Assembly (NCBI GenBank): GCA_027923505.1
Contig: BROI01000005.1
Location: 1,178,001-1,239,468 of the forward strand
Length of the DNA: 61,468 nucleotides
Direction: 5' to 3'
DNA from: Mayamaea pseudoterrestris
Lineage: Eukaryota
Shown: piece after piece, positions 44,441 to 57,900 of the stretch
How positions within the stretch are numbered: position 1 is the first letter of the stretch
Layout: every line of letters starts with the position of its first letter
Translations under genes and position numbers: made by a program
The notes under the pieces: generated by a model
The model's input: only the letters and a program-made list of their open reading frames with translations
Databases searched by the model: none
What the model was told of the DNA's origin: nothing

Positions 44441-46698
44441 ATGACAAAAGCGCACGAGTATAAAGTCATTGCTTTTCTGGCATGCATCGTCATCCACGTG
44501 GAATGCCTTTTACCTTCGATGCTGCCGCAAAGGCCGAGCATTGAATCAATTATCAGTAGACGAAGAACCTCATGTGTACTCTCCATGGGATTTAGGTCCA
44601 TGCTCAGAAAACTATCCAAGGAAGCAGATAATGATGATGAGTTACCACCAAGAAAACGTATACAACCGATCATTTCTCCTCGCTTGGAAGATCAACTCGA
44701 GCGAGAGCATCAGCAGCATGACGAAATCCTCCAACAAAAACCTTCGCCTGCTCCACTACGAATGGGCGAGACAACTCCGGGAAGTGGTGTCGTCGATGCT
44801 GCCAGAATCACCGAGGATGAGTCCATTCAGGATAAGATAAATCGGGTCAAGAGCGGACAAATGACAGAGGAGGAGAAAAGAGCGTTTCTTGCGACGGCTC
44901 TTTCGGCTGGAATGACGCCCGAATCAAGGAAACCGCTCATTCAACCAAAGCGAATGGAGAATTCATCGGCCTCACCATTCCCAACTGACTCGATACTTCG
45001 CAATTTCGTCAGCGGCAAGGTCAAGCAACGCAAGAAAGATATCAGTCTGTCTTCCATTTCTCTAGATCTAAACACTGACGCAAAAAAGAAGGAGTACATT
45101 GACATGATTATGGATCCGGACCGTTTTTCTCGTCGTCTCAAAAACAAATCCAACAGTAGTTCATACAACATCCCGTCAAAACCGACAGCGCCAGCAACAG
45201 CAACCATACCATCATCGCCGCCACGAGCGCCACAGCAAACTAACAACAACAGTATTGGGGGCATGGAAGATCTTGGAGCTCGTCTGGGAATGCACGCGAT
45301 GGAAGAGGAAGTTAGACGCAGAGAGGCCGAGAAACAACGGGCGCGCGAAAAATTGGAGCATGAGGAACGCGAGCGACGCGCTGCGATCCAGCAGCAAGAG
45401 GTCGAGCAGCGAGCAGCCGAAGTTGCTCGGCGACAGCAAATGGCTCTGAAGCAGATCGAAGAGCAAGCTCGTAGACAGGAAGTAGAGGAGGAGCAAATGA
45501 AAAAGGAAGAGGCAATGGCGGCCGAACAGGAGCGACTTTCGGCATTGCTGAAGCAACAGGAAGCTTATTGGACGGAACGACTGGCAAAGGAGAAGGAAGC
45601 TAAGGCCAAGCGTGAGCAAGCGGCTCTTTTAGACGCCAAGAAACAGAAGGAACAGGTGTTGGATTATTCCGCCACCAACAATGTTCAACAGCAGCAATCT
45701 CAGTCGACGACAGCGTACAACACTCGACGGCTGGAACAGAATACCGAAGCGCGTCAATCTATGCAGAGGGAAGAATTTAATCCAAACGAAATGAATCTAC
45801 TGGAGGAGGTACGAATGAAGCTGTAGCATATCGTCGCGTGTCGCGTGTCAATTTACTGACTTTGATGTATATTCCTTGCCAGGCGCAACACTACCGTAAT
45901 GCCGGCTGGGAACACAATCAACAGGCTATCCAGTGGGGCGCTACGCATACACCTGGCTTGCCACCTCCACTCGCCCCTCCTGTTGTGCAATCAGAATCAG
46001 ATTTTCTCGAGGAACAAGCGAAAAAAAAGGCTGACATTGATCGCGCGCGCGAGGAACAATTTCTTCGCCTCAAGGAGATGAACTCTCCCTTACCCACCCC
46101 TGTTGTTCGCGTACCATCCCCGGCACCGTCACAGCACCCATCGTCCTTGTTTAGACAGCCGCAGCCTGTGGTAACAAAGTACCGCCCAACTAAAACAACA
46201 ATCCAAGACATCCAAGAAGCAAGCAGGAATGCCGAAATGCACAAGCGCCAGGATGCACAGCGAAGTCAGTCTCTACCTCCATTGACTCGCCCTTATGCGG
46301 GTTCTTCAGAAATAATGAGACAGCCCAGTATTCCGTCAATATCGCCACCGCCGTATCCTGTGCAGCCGCCACGACCGTTGACCAGTGACGAATGGATTGG
46401 GCAGACGAGGCCGAACTTGTTTGGAGGGACTAATAAACGTGGTCGATCGCCAACGCCAACCCCACAGCCTGCATTGGCTACGGCGCCATCGACTACGGTG
46501 CGACCGGAACGCCAGGGTCCGATTCGTATGCAGCTGCCTCTTGGTGATGACGTTGAGGATGGAGGTATTGATGCCAAGGCCAGTAACGGAATGAGCATAG
46601 CAGATGCCATGCGTGGCTCGAATCAGCAGTCGGAGGGTGGCGACCAAAGCAAGCGATCCAAGCAGTGGGGCGTTGACATGAGCCGATTCCTAGATTAA
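44441..46698 (+). CDS. Uncharacterised coiled-coil/Pro-rich protein with signal peptide; exons 44441-45808 and 45883-46698
   Basis: Signal ending VEC-L, a long E/R/Q/K helix, and a phase-0 GT-AG intron (45809-45882) joining the two ORFs. Confidence 0.75.
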
Positions 46699-47118
46699 CT
46701 GCTGTCACATTGAACCAGCCATAGACACAATACCTAACAAATATACTGTAGTCAAGTAGGCCGTACGCATGATGTCAAGGCGCAGAATGATACAAGCCGT
46801 GTAGACGGAACAGTACCTTACCAGGCAAATGTTAACCTTTGGATTCTTAATTCTTTACATAAAGCCCTGACTACCGTAGATTGGGAACTCTCGTTTTGGT
46901 CGCCTCCATCTCATACCGGTAGGTAGGATTGAAGAGACAGATAGCTAACCATAAACGAAATGTCTCATGTGTGCCGCATTGGTTTTGCGCACGCCGCGCC
47001 GTCGCGCGCCGCGAGCCTTGGACGAGCCGCAACCAGCAACCATGGCGATCATTGAGCGGTCGTCAGCATAGTAATCTACTGTAGCAAGACTCACCACAGC
47101 TTATTATCTGTTGCAAGC

Positions 47119-48288
47119 ATGCTTTGGGTCGATAAGCACCGTCCAAAACGTCTATCCGATCTCTCGTACAATGTAGCAGTGTCGGAGCGATTGGAGGCAC
47201 TTGCAGAGAACTCCGGTTCCATGCCTCATTTGTTTATCTACGGTCCGATTGGTGCTGGCAAAAAGACGCGAGTATCTGCTCTCTTGTACGAACTCTATGG
47301 TCCCGGAGCAGAAAAGCTCAAACTTGATAAGCGTGTCTTCAAGACTCCTACCGACAAGACTGTCGAGATCAACATGGTCACGTCCAACTTTCACATTGAG
47401 CTGAGTCCTGGAGATGCTGGCCTAAATGATCGATTCGTTGTGCAGGATGTTATCAAGGAAATGGCGGCCAATAAAAATATCGCTTCGATTGCAACTGGAA
47501 GCTCCAAGGCCCCAGTTTTTAAGACCGTCGTCCTTCTAGAAGTTGAACGGTTGAGTCGTCAAGCACAAGCAGCGCTGCGTCGGACCATGGAAAAGTATGC
47601 TTCATCCTGTCGGCTTATTCTATGCAGCAACAGTCAAAGCAAGGTCATTGAGCCGTTGCGGAGTCGATGTCTTGGTATTCGAGTCGCGGCTCCTTCCGTC
47701 AACGAGGTATGTATCGATTATCGATTGGCCATTGTGAGAAAAGAGAAACCTGGTCGCACTCATTAGTATAAGGATCGTCTCGTTTACAATGAAACACAGA
47801 TTTGCGCCGTGTTGCAAAAGGTTGCCAGCAAGGAAACTGTTACTTTACCAGACGAGCTTGCTGTCAGTATTGCTCGCGAGTCAAATCGCAACTTGCGCCG
47901 GGGCCTTTTAATGCTTGAAGCTGCGACAGTTCAAAATCGGGATGGCTTGACCAAGGATCAGCCGGTACAAAAGACAGACTGGGAGGTATACATTGGCCAA
48001 CTGGCATCGGAAGTTACTCGAGAGCAAACGCCGCAGCGTCTCATGGCGGCACGCGAAAAGCTGTATGAACTTTTGGTAACTTGCATTCCAGCCACTGTCA
48101 TTCTGAAGACTCTCACAAAGGAGCTCATGAAGAACCTTGATGATGGCCTCAAGATGGAAGTTTCGGAATGGGCAGCTTTCTACGAGCATCGAATCGCCAT
48201 GGGTAGCAAAGAGATCTTTCATCTCGAAGCTTTCATTGCGCGTTTCATGTGTATCTACAAAAAGTATCTGACCGACTTGTTTGGATAA
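47119..48288 (+). CDS. RFC3: Replication factor C small subunit (human RFC3 / yeast Rfc5 type); exons 47119-47706 and 47800-48288
   Basis: MLWVDKHRP, YGPIGAGKKTR, AQAALRRTMEKY, IEPLRSRC and GSKEIFHLEAF motifs. GT-AG intron 47707-47799. Confidence 0.95.
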
Positions 48289-48464
48289 TTTAGCCATGTT
48301 ACTACTCTACTACCGCTATTATGTATAAAGAGTCATTGGAAAATGCCTTTTTGGTGTAGTCATGCGATACACGACGAACATGCCGACGACGTATTAAACA
48401 ATTAGACAAATGATCACCGGTACCGGTACGCTCTATGTCATCAATCAATTAGTTGGCTATACAC

Positions 48465-49751
48465 TTAGACAATGCCGAGTCCACTATGCGACGGAAGGAC
48501 TAGTGGCGTTGCATTCTTGACCGCCATGTAGTAATACCAGAAAAAGTCCACCATGAGAATCAGCTGGACAAACTGCGAAAACAAGGCCAAGTATCCGGGA
48601 AGCCTGGAGCCAGAACTGTTTGCGAGCTCATGATAGCTGTATACCCAAAAGAAAAACTCCATGAGACGGCCAAATCCCAGTGCCGCCACGAAATGAGCCG
48701 TCAAAAGCTCCACTACGCCTGATGCCTGCTTTTGGAACATGTACAGTTGTGGAACCAAGGCTGTCGACTCTAAGTACATGGCATAAGTCCAAGCCGTGTC
48801 ACTCAAAAAGTCAGCATTTAAGTTGGGATGAACGAAAATGGCAATAATACCCACGGGAGCTGCCAACCAAAGTGCGCCATAGCCTGGAGGAACGTTGAAC
48901 TCGCCAAACTGATCGACGTCCGCCTGATAGGTCGACTTGAATAGAACCAGACATCCATACAGTGCAGTCCCTGTAAAGACTAAAGCCATGATTTCAATGA
49001 GATGATAGAGCCAGTCGCCTGACTTGTCGTACGGCAGGTAACCTTCATGCCGAATAATCGAAGTCAACCGAAAGAAAAAGACAAGAGTATAAAGTTGCAG
49101 CGTCTTCATGGAGACCCCCGACGCTCGCTGGCTCTTGTACATTTTGACGTTTAATATACCAAATCCAAACATGCGAGCCATTGCTCCATACGTCATTAAA
49201 AAGGAGAAGTCACCAGCAGACAGCATAAAGTAAACAAACAATGAGGCCGTGAAGAAGCCTGCCCACATGTAAACGTTCTGGTTTAGCGCGTGAAGTGCGT
49301 GGCTTCGCTTGCCGCTCTTGTGGCCCTTCTCCTCGCCTTGGTTCTGCATGGCCACAAGACAAGGGAGGGAGAATGATGAGAAATGAGGTCGACTGGCGAC
49401 GAACAAAATCATTCGTTTTCCGCTGGTCACGAGCTGGCCCTACGAGTCGCGAGTGATGACTCTTGCGACGAACCAACGGCTCTGAGCGTTCACCATGGCC
49501 GCTCACACGCGCATCACTGCAATAATCCGTACCTGATCACCAGGAATTTGAGCGCCATAAGCATTATAGTTTCCTCCACCATATCCGCCTGGATATCCGC
49601 TGGTTGAGCCGCCTCCATACGAAGCTCCACCCACCGTGCCACCCCCGTAAGCTGGCTGTTGCGGCGGAGCATATCCACCACCGTAACTAGCTCCACCGCC
49701 GCCGGCGTTTGATTGAAAGCCCGGACGGCCGTATGGACCCTGTGAAGACAT
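48465..49751 (-). CDS. ERD2: ER lumen protein-retaining receptor family (ERD2-related) with Gly/Tyr-rich N-terminus; exons 49751-49533 and 49343-48465
   Basis: SGVSMKTLQLY, GYLPYDKSGDW, WTYAMYLESTALVPQLYM and TAHFVAALG motifs; multi-TM. Phase-0 intron of 189 bp. Confidence 0.88.
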
Positions 49752-50334
49752 CAAGAATGAGACAGTGCAACACACGATCTGAAGTAATGTCCAAGGCTTT
49801 TGATGGGTCGGAAGTGGACCATACAGCGCCGAATGGAACCGTCGTCATGACGAGGCGTGCGCGCACAAAGTAAGTTCTGGCGTGTGTGCTATAATTCGAC
49901 GTTGTGCTACGGTTGCTAACGGTAACTACCTATAGGTGGCTTGTCCTGCCATTATAAGGCGACCGGATATCATCATAAAGATGTACAATGATGATGCGTC
50001 CAAGAGTGCAAGTCAATGCCAATTGAGTGATGATTGTTTGACTATTTGAAGTTTGACGACAAGTGGAAGAGAATGCCGCACCACAAGTGCTCTACGGTTA
50101 ACAAGTTTGATCAAAGCACTTTCACAATTATAGACTGGTGGCTACCTACAGGTAGTGCGACAAGTTAAATACTGACTAGTCACGGCAAAGATATATGATG
50201 GGAAACCAGTAGCTACATTGACAAAGGCTATCCTGTAATACGCAGTATCCGCAAGAGCAACAAGTGTCACCAAGAAACCCTTCCGTACAATCACTCATAG
50301 AATCGCAGTCTCGGAGTAGTGAAAGAAGTTCATT

Positions 50335-51040
50335 TTACTTGTCCTTATCCGACTCGGTCGTCTCTGCAAATGCTGCATTGCTTGGGTCGGAGGACGCGAC
50401 GGCACTCCCTTTCTTCTTGGCGTCTGCCATGGCGACATCAATCTTTGACGGCTTCTTCAGGAAGTCTTTCAAAAACGAATCGTACATAAACGTAGCGCCC
50501 TTGGTTTGCGGTAGCATAAGCCAAAGTAGAAAGGCAAGCTTGAATGCAAAATAAAAAGGAATCCAATAAACCAACGTCACCTTGAAGACCTCAAGCAACT
50601 GAAAGAGACTAAAAATAATCCAGTAGACTTGCCACTGAACGATGTCTCCTTTGATCTTTGTCTCAATAGCTTGAAACGACTTGAATGCAGGGTAAGCGAA
50701 TCCAATCAAGCGGCTGAGGGAGGAGACTCCAACGCCAAAAACGAGAAAGACAAGTACGATGATAGCAGCACCAGTTCCCAAATATTCCTTGGGGACTCCC
50801 GACTTTTCCTGGATTTTCAATACAGAAGATAGATTTGTAAGTGATGCGATTATATCAAACGATCACGCTCAATATTCAATGTCACATTGCTCCGCCTCTC
50901 ATTCATTCATCTTTCATCTTTCCTCATCATTATTAATTCCAAGCGCGCCACGCCATACTCACCTCCGCCTGCTGAAAGATCGGAAACTTGTCAAGTCGGA
51001 CTCGCACAGCCTTGATTTTCTCGTTCACGTCAATAGTCAT
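50335..51040 (-). CDS. YOP1: TB2/DP1/HVA22 (YOP1/REEP) ER-shaping protein; exons 51040-50963 and 50808-50335
   Basis: LIGFAYPAFKSFQAIE, QWQVYWIIF and IPFYFAFKLAFLLWLMLPQTKGATFMY motifs. GT-AG intron 50962-50809. Confidence 0.9.
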
Positions 51041-51432
51041 GTTGATGATTATGAAGATCCGGTTCGCAGCAGCAAGAATTGTCGTGATTCTCTCGTGCCG
51101 CTCCCATCGCGCTCCAAGAATTCGGGCCGACACATGATAGTCGGACCGGTTCTCAAATTCTCACGTTCGATCCAATGCGTCTCCGTTTAGCGGATGGTTG
51201 CTGCTGCTGCATATATACACTCAAAATCTTGTTCTTGTGCGATACGAGTAGTCGATTGGTTGTTCAGAGGTCGATTAAGATGTTTGGTAGGTCTTGTAAT
51301 GTTGAAAGTCTGTATGTAGGTCCGCAGCAAGTTTAACCCGAGCCGAAACACAAATCGTCTCCTCGAGAAAGTATCGTCAGTGCATAAAATTGGGTTCGCT
51401 GTTCGCTCACGTCATGTCATCTCATAACAGGA

Positions 51433-52275
51433 ATGGATTATCATGGATCAGGTGGCTTTGACCAACAAGGTGATAGCAGTGGCTTTGGAGGAGGTAGAGG
51501 AGGAGAAGGAGGTGGAGGCTACCCAAGTCCCTCGCAGCCAAAGGGCAAGCGCAACTACGACGACCGCTCCGTCACTCCAATTACTATCAAAATGGCACTC
51601 TCTGGATCAAATTCTGGCGAAGGAGGAGCTCTTGTACTCGCGGATGGACGAAAGATGAATCAAGTTTGTATCGTTGGAGCCACTCGTTCGTATGATGACT
51701 TTAGTACCAATATCCTTTTTGCCATTGAAGACGGAACCGGCCTTATCGATAGCAAGCAATGGATTGACGATAGCGACTCTACAGGACTTGCAGAAATTCG
51801 AAAGCAGACGCTTCGCGAAAATGTATACTTGAAGATTGTTGGGACAGTCCGAGACTATGACGGCAAGAAGACGATTGTCGCTGATTCCATCCGACCGCTG
51901 TCAACTGGGAATGAAATCGCGCATCACATGCTTAGCGTCGTGTACGCAGCTGAAAGTTACAAGCGCCGACACTCGTATGTGATGCCGAACGATACCATGA
52001 TGGGCGGCGTTGGCTTTGGGAGCGATCCCATACCGAGTCGTCCAGGAACGTCCTTTCAGACCGTGCGTGGTGGTCGCCTGGACGATCTGGTGCTCGATTA
52101 CATCAAGACGCAGGGCGAGCAGTCGGAAGCAGGAGCCAATTTGCACCAGTGTGTTCAGGCTCTCGCGATGCATGGGCATTCGGAGGGAGAAATTCGCAAG
52201 ACCATTGATACGCTTAACAATGAAGGGCACATTTATTCTACGATTGACGACAATAACTTTAAGGCCGCCATGTAA
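51433..52275 (+). CDS. RPA2: Replication protein A 32-kDa subunit
   Basis: Gly-rich N-terminus, OB fold (VTPITIK, IEDGTG, NEIAHHMLSV) and C-terminal winged helix (LNNEGHIYSTIDDNNFK). Confidence 0.94.
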   Translation: MDYHGSGGFDQQGDSSGFGGGRGGEGGGGYPSPSQPKGKRNYDDRSVTPITIKMALSGSNSGEGGALVLADGRKMNQVCIVGATRSYDDFSTNILFAIEDGTGLIDSKQWIDDSDSTGLAEIRKQTLRENVYLKIVGTVRDYDGKKTIVADSIRPLSTGNEIAHHMLSVVYAAESYKRRHSYVMPNDTMMGGVGFGSDPIPSRPGTSFQTVRGGRLDDLVLDYIKTQGEQSEAGANLHQCVQALAMHGHSEGEIRKTIDTLNNEGHIYSTIDDNNFKAAM

Positions 52276-52380
52276 TTTACCACTCGCAGACATGCGTGCA
52301 CAACTGCTTTGTTTGAACACTTACTACAGTATACAGTACTTAGTGAAAGACGTATAACGGTAGTTCGACCAATCACCCGA

Positions 52381-53215
52381 TTAAAGCGTTTGGTGAGTAA
52401 ATCCAGCGTCTTCCAACCTCTTCGCGCAATCAAAGATGTTCGCGACAATGACCGACACCTCCGCAAGTGCACCGTTGCCATGCTCCCCGCATGCTAATAG
52501 TTTAAGCTGCGGTTCGACGACTTGAAACAAAACGGCAGATACGTCATGTTGAAAAAACGTATGGATTGTATCCAGTTGTTGCTGTGTCAATTTGTGTTCC
52601 CACATGGTCGTGTTCATAGCAGGTGCAAGTATCATTGGCTTTGGTCTAGCAGATTTTCGACCAAACTCCCAAGCTCTAGCTACGCAAGAGAGCGTATCGT
52701 CGCAGAAGCCATGCGCCAGCTTGGCGAGAGTGTTCGCCGATAGGGGAGCAATGACTAGCATGTCGGCCCAGTTGCGCAAGTCAATATGAAGGACGGAATC
52801 ACCCAGTGTATTCCATTCGTGCAATTCTTTGTATGCGTCTGTTACGGACGCGTCAATTTAAACCAATCAGAGTTGTAGTTGTACATGGTCAGTATGCAGG
52901 TAAAGATGGCATGCAGCACGCTACCGTTGAGGACTCACCGAGCAGCTCCACTTTTCCTTTGACAATTTCTTTACGTAATTCTTCCCATGCAGTTGGATTG
53001 TAATCTCGAGCCTTGTCCCAAAATCTACTTCCTCCCTTGGTCAGCAAGATTCGCACACGACAAGGACGTGCGTGTTGAACAAGTCGGACCGCTAACTCTG
53101 GAGCTTTGACCGCCGCAACGGACCCACTGACGCCCAGCAATACATGCATGGGACGATTGCAGGTACTCAAACAACAGTCAGCCGAAGTGCTAGCAGGCTC
53201 CATTAGAAGGGACAT
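52381..53215 (-). CDS. PPCDC: Phosphopantothenoylcysteine decarboxylase (HFCD flavoprotein, CoA biosynthesis); exons 53215-52939 and 52838-52381
   Basis: LLGVSGSVAAVKAP, VLHIDLRNWAD, APLSANTLAKLAHGFCD, PAMNTTMW and LACGEHGNGAL (catalytic Cys). 100-bp GT-AG intron. Confidence 0.93.
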
Positions 53216-54927
53216 ACTCGAGTGGCAGCAGGATCACCGGACATTGTTCCACAAGATTGGGAGGTGAGGGAAAATAGCATTCGCACCGGTTTTCAACTAC
53301 CTAGCTATCGGTAACTTGGCTGATCCTAACAGCAGCACTGACCTTTCCTAAGTGCCAACAGTATCACTATCAGCTAAAATATTTCCTGATAATTGTTTAT
53401 GATGACAACGTCGCCCTTTGTGCAAACATTCGATGAACAATGACGTTCTGCGACATCTCCAAACGTGAGTGAGGCAGTTTCAATCACAAACCATGTACTG
53501 AGCAGTACGCAATGCCAAATGCCACTTATTGGACTTTGTAGTGCTTTCCTTACTCAACCCATGCAGCAACATCTTCACAGCTTTCTTGATTCTTGCCTAG
53601 CTACGAAGTACCCCAAACTGCACTGTAGCATGCCCATAGCAGCCTGGTTGTGTTTGCGCGTGCGAAAGCCTTTGCATTTCCGATCAGATAAATCTCCCTT
53701 TGCCGAGTTCGCCATGCAGCAATAAGTCGTAGCTTTGAATAATTCATCTCATATTGTTCAACGTTCATCTCACTACCGTTTAAGCGCTTGGGGATGTTTT
53801 GCGCGCGAAAGCAGTGCTCCTCCCACCTCCCCGCTCCGCGAATGTGTTTTTCATTGGAAATATACACTATGGCGGTGAGACTACCGGTACATATTGGTGG
53901 CGCTGTGGCCGACATGGCGTCACAAAAATTGAACACAGGAGTATTTGCACAAACTTGCGCGGCCTAGCCTTCAATGATGGGAAGCTCCCGGTCCATGCAC
54001 TGCATGTACTACCACGACACTAACCAAATCATGTCGCGAGATATCAATATTATTGGTACAGTAAAGTAGACAATCACCTCGATGGCTTCAAGAATGCGAA
54101 ATGTGTTGTTCGTCTCATGTGGCCTCTCAGCTCACCTGCTTGTAAAAAGTACATTACCTTCCAACTTTTAACGCCAACTAGGTGATTAGCGCGACAACAC
54201 GAATGTCGCCAGAAAGAAGAGCATGGCGAGGTCGAACAAGTGCCGATTACAGCACTTAATTTTTTAGCGATGGTGCCACCGCCAAAGTGTTTGTTTACTT
54301 GACAAGAACACAGGATATGGATGTTGGACAAGGAGGTCTTCGCAAAGTTTTTCTCACCAATCTCAACAGTTGAAGCAACGCACCTTATTGGAATGCATTC
54401 GACGGACACGCAGTAGTCCATATCTTAGGTGAGTAATGGATCGCTGCAGACATTGCACTGGTGTTGTTCATTTCAGCGGTAACAGGCGCAGGTGCGGCAA
54501 GTAGCGGCTCGACAGCTTGTCGGTTACGATGTGTGTCACATGTTAAACAACAGCAGCGTCGCCAAGGTGTTGGTGCGGCCATGCCCCAACCGACTATGAT
54601 GCACTTGCGCTGCAGCAGTGCGGACTGGCCGCAACGAGGGTTATCGGATGGTGCACCCTCATGGGACAGCCAAGTATACTGCTTGAATTTTTGAACCATG
54701 GAGAGCAAAGCAATTCAAAAATGTGTTGTGCGGTGTTTGTAATCTTTGGCTGCCCTGCACGCAACATCGGCTGCGCCACTAGATTTGGAGCAGCACGAAA
54801 CTTGATAATCTTTGGGCCATGCGACAACCCGGATCTTTTGAACCCAACCGAATGCATCAAAATCGCGTTAATGTCCGTCTCCAGATAAACCATTGGTACG
54901 ATATTCCTATGTTGCTCTACCATGGCA

Positions 54928-57900
54928 TTAGCTCGATCCCTGCTCCACAAGATCGTCTGCGTCTGCATACAACAATTGCAGTTTTGTTAATGTTTCAGCA
55001 TCGGTCGACCACATCCCTCTACCGGCAGCTTCCAAAAATCTGCGGATTACGTTTTTGAATGCCTCAGGATTTGATCGCTGCAACGTTTTGGCAACATCGT
55101 CGTCCAGGGCATAGCGTTCAGCAGCTTGGTCAAAGACATAATTATCTATTTTTGCGGTGGCAGCCCAACCGATCAAAGCTGTCATCCGTTGAGATATTTC
55201 GTAGGCGCCCCCAGAGCCTTGACCCAGCATCTTATCCCTCCATTTTGGATTAAGCAGCTTGCTTCTATACTCCAGACGCAGTACATCTTCGACGTCTTGG
55301 ACTGCCATTGGTGCGTCGTCGCCACCAATACCAAATGCTTCGATCACGGAAATTGCCACCTTTTTCCGTTTGCCTGTTAATGAATCCACGGATCTTCGGT
55401 TCTCGGCTGCTATTTTCAACGCACCAGTATTTGCATAATACTCTTGGATGTCCGATAGCCCGTATTCGACGCTGTCAATCTCTTGCACAACCCGTTCAGT
55501 CGTCGACAATAGTTTATCCAATACTTCTGGTCGGGCCCGCCCTGCAGCTTCAATGCTTCCTTCACCTCGACCATATGAGAAGCTATTTCGGCTTTGCCAG
55601 ATTTCGCCTAGCGCGTCTTTGTCCTCCCAATCCCCGGTCCCAACTACTTCATTAACCATGCTTCCGTAATCTCCGGGCCTGTAAGAACAATCAAGCTGAA
55701 TGAGGAAGTGCTTTTTCATGTGCAGTACATGCTATGCTGCGACTTACGGGTTGCTGAAAAGTCGGGCTGCGACTCGTTCCGAAACTCCGCCTCAGTAGCT
55801 CCATGGCATGTTTTCTGACAAAAGTTGCGATTAAGCGGCTCATCAGCTTGCGCCGCCCGCCCGAACATGTCATCCAGTAAATCGACAATGTTTGCAAAAG
55901 AGTCCCGAAAGATGCCACTCAGCGATGCAAGAACGTCAATGCGCGGACGTCCCAGCTCCTTAAGTGAAATGAGATCGTACCGAACAATTCTTCCGGTCGT
56001 CTCTTTAATGGGGTGAGCACCGACTAAGGCAAGCACAATGGCTACTGACTCGCCTTTTGTTTTTATTGAATCTAATCCCCATAGCGTAACAGCCACCGTT
56101 TCGGGATACTGACCGCTGTTCTTTTCTTTGTGTTGTCGTAAAATCTCGTCGGCTGCTCGTTTGCCCGCGCCCATGCGCCAGGTGATGGGATTCGAAAAGG
56201 GTCGAGAGCATGAATATTTCTGCCAGTGGGGAGAACGCCAATGCCGTCACGAAGAAGGTCTCCACCAGAGCAGCAGGCACAAAGCCTCCATCTAGCGTTA
56301 ATGACATTGTCGAGTTCCTCGGTGGACCGATCCAACAAGTTAATGACGTCCATTACATCGTCCTCGATACTTGAGACTGTAGACAGTGCAGATAAACCAA
56401 GTAGGGAGTCAATCGATGCTATCAAATCGGCCTATTCAAATGTTTTGTGATCGATTACTCGATGCTTCGCGAAACTTTGTAATGGATGGCGAAGTGAATC
56501 TTCCGACAGTCGATCACCGAAATAAGCTGACCCGACGCCAAAAGATCTTCATCCGTTGGACGGCTTCAAAAATATGTAAGCCGCTTGAGAACAACCTATC
56601 TTGCAAGAGATTCAGGTGGTCGCTTAATCTAGACACCCAGTCATTCTTGTCGGCTAAACTTAGGATGCTCAATGCACTGTCATCTACACAACCGTCGTTG
56701 AACAAAGGAACATCCTTGATCATGCCGCTGCGAAGCGATAGGTCATATATCGTCTGCAAAAGATACATATCGCTTTCTCCGGTGAAGCTCTATATTCGTC
56801 AATCACGTCTTTCAGACTTGCCAGCTCCAGGTAAAGGCCGCTGCGGCCGTATGGCGGAACGTTGTAAGACACGATTGTAGCGTAGCCACGTCGCTTCGCC
56901 AAAATACTTTCACTTGGATTATTGGCAGCGTATATATAAATGTTAGGAGTTCACCAAGAAGCTCGTCGCTCCATGACTTCCGATCATTCCCAAGCGGTTG
57001 GCCTGGAAGCCATTCCACGGTTCCATGCATACCTAGATGAAGAACTGCATTTGCTCCGAACCCACCGCGCGATTCCGGTAATTTCATCCACTCATAAGTG
57101 GCGCAATATTGTGGATGGGGCGTCAAATCCCTTTCAAACAAGAGCCTCATAGGATCCCCTTCCACACCCAGCATCGGTTGCACAAAAATCCATACATTGC
57201 CAACCTGCAAACCAGCAACAACAAAGTCTCCATTAGCCGAGACGCCGGGTCCGCGTTGTTTTTCATTCCAAGCACGGCGAACCTTTTTGTACATGTACTT
57301 TCCCACCATCTTCTCCAGCTCATCAGATGATATATTCTTCGCGACCACGCGAGCACCGCCGAGACCCCGCCATTTCGACCGAGTGATTCTGCCACAGTCC
57401 TGTCGCCGCCAGAAGCTCGCTCAATCTTGTTCTCTAGTGCAGCTGGCATGCGGTCTGCACCCCCAACGACAACGCGGTCCTCGCACAGTACTGCCAGTGC
57501 GGCGACAAGACTTTCGCCAGACGCATCAGGGTAAGCCGCCCAGTCACCAAGATTGTAACTTTCCTTGTGCAAACGAGCTAGCAGCATTTCGAGTGATCTG
57601 GGGACGTCCAGCAAGGCAGCAGTACCGACGGCACCAACGTTTGGTGGAAAGCCATATACTGATATAGCTATTTTTCGATCACTGGTGGCGTTCTTCGCAG
57701 CCGCACCCATCCATCAATGCGCTGAATCAGTTTACGCACTCGCTCTGGCACCAGCGCAATCTTGTCACCAACAAGACCACCGAGTACAACGGTGTCCACC
57801 GCCCCATCTAGCTCGGGCAATGAATAGAGAACGACTGATTGTAACCCCTGAACACCATTTCTTTTCCATTGCTGAATCGACTGCAAAAGCAAGGGGCTCG

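Noticed and set aside
51120..51190. GTTCGATCC T-loop-like sequence suggesting a tRNA
   Set aside because: No cloverleaf stems or D-loop could be formed around it. No tRNA or rRNA gene was recognised in the window.
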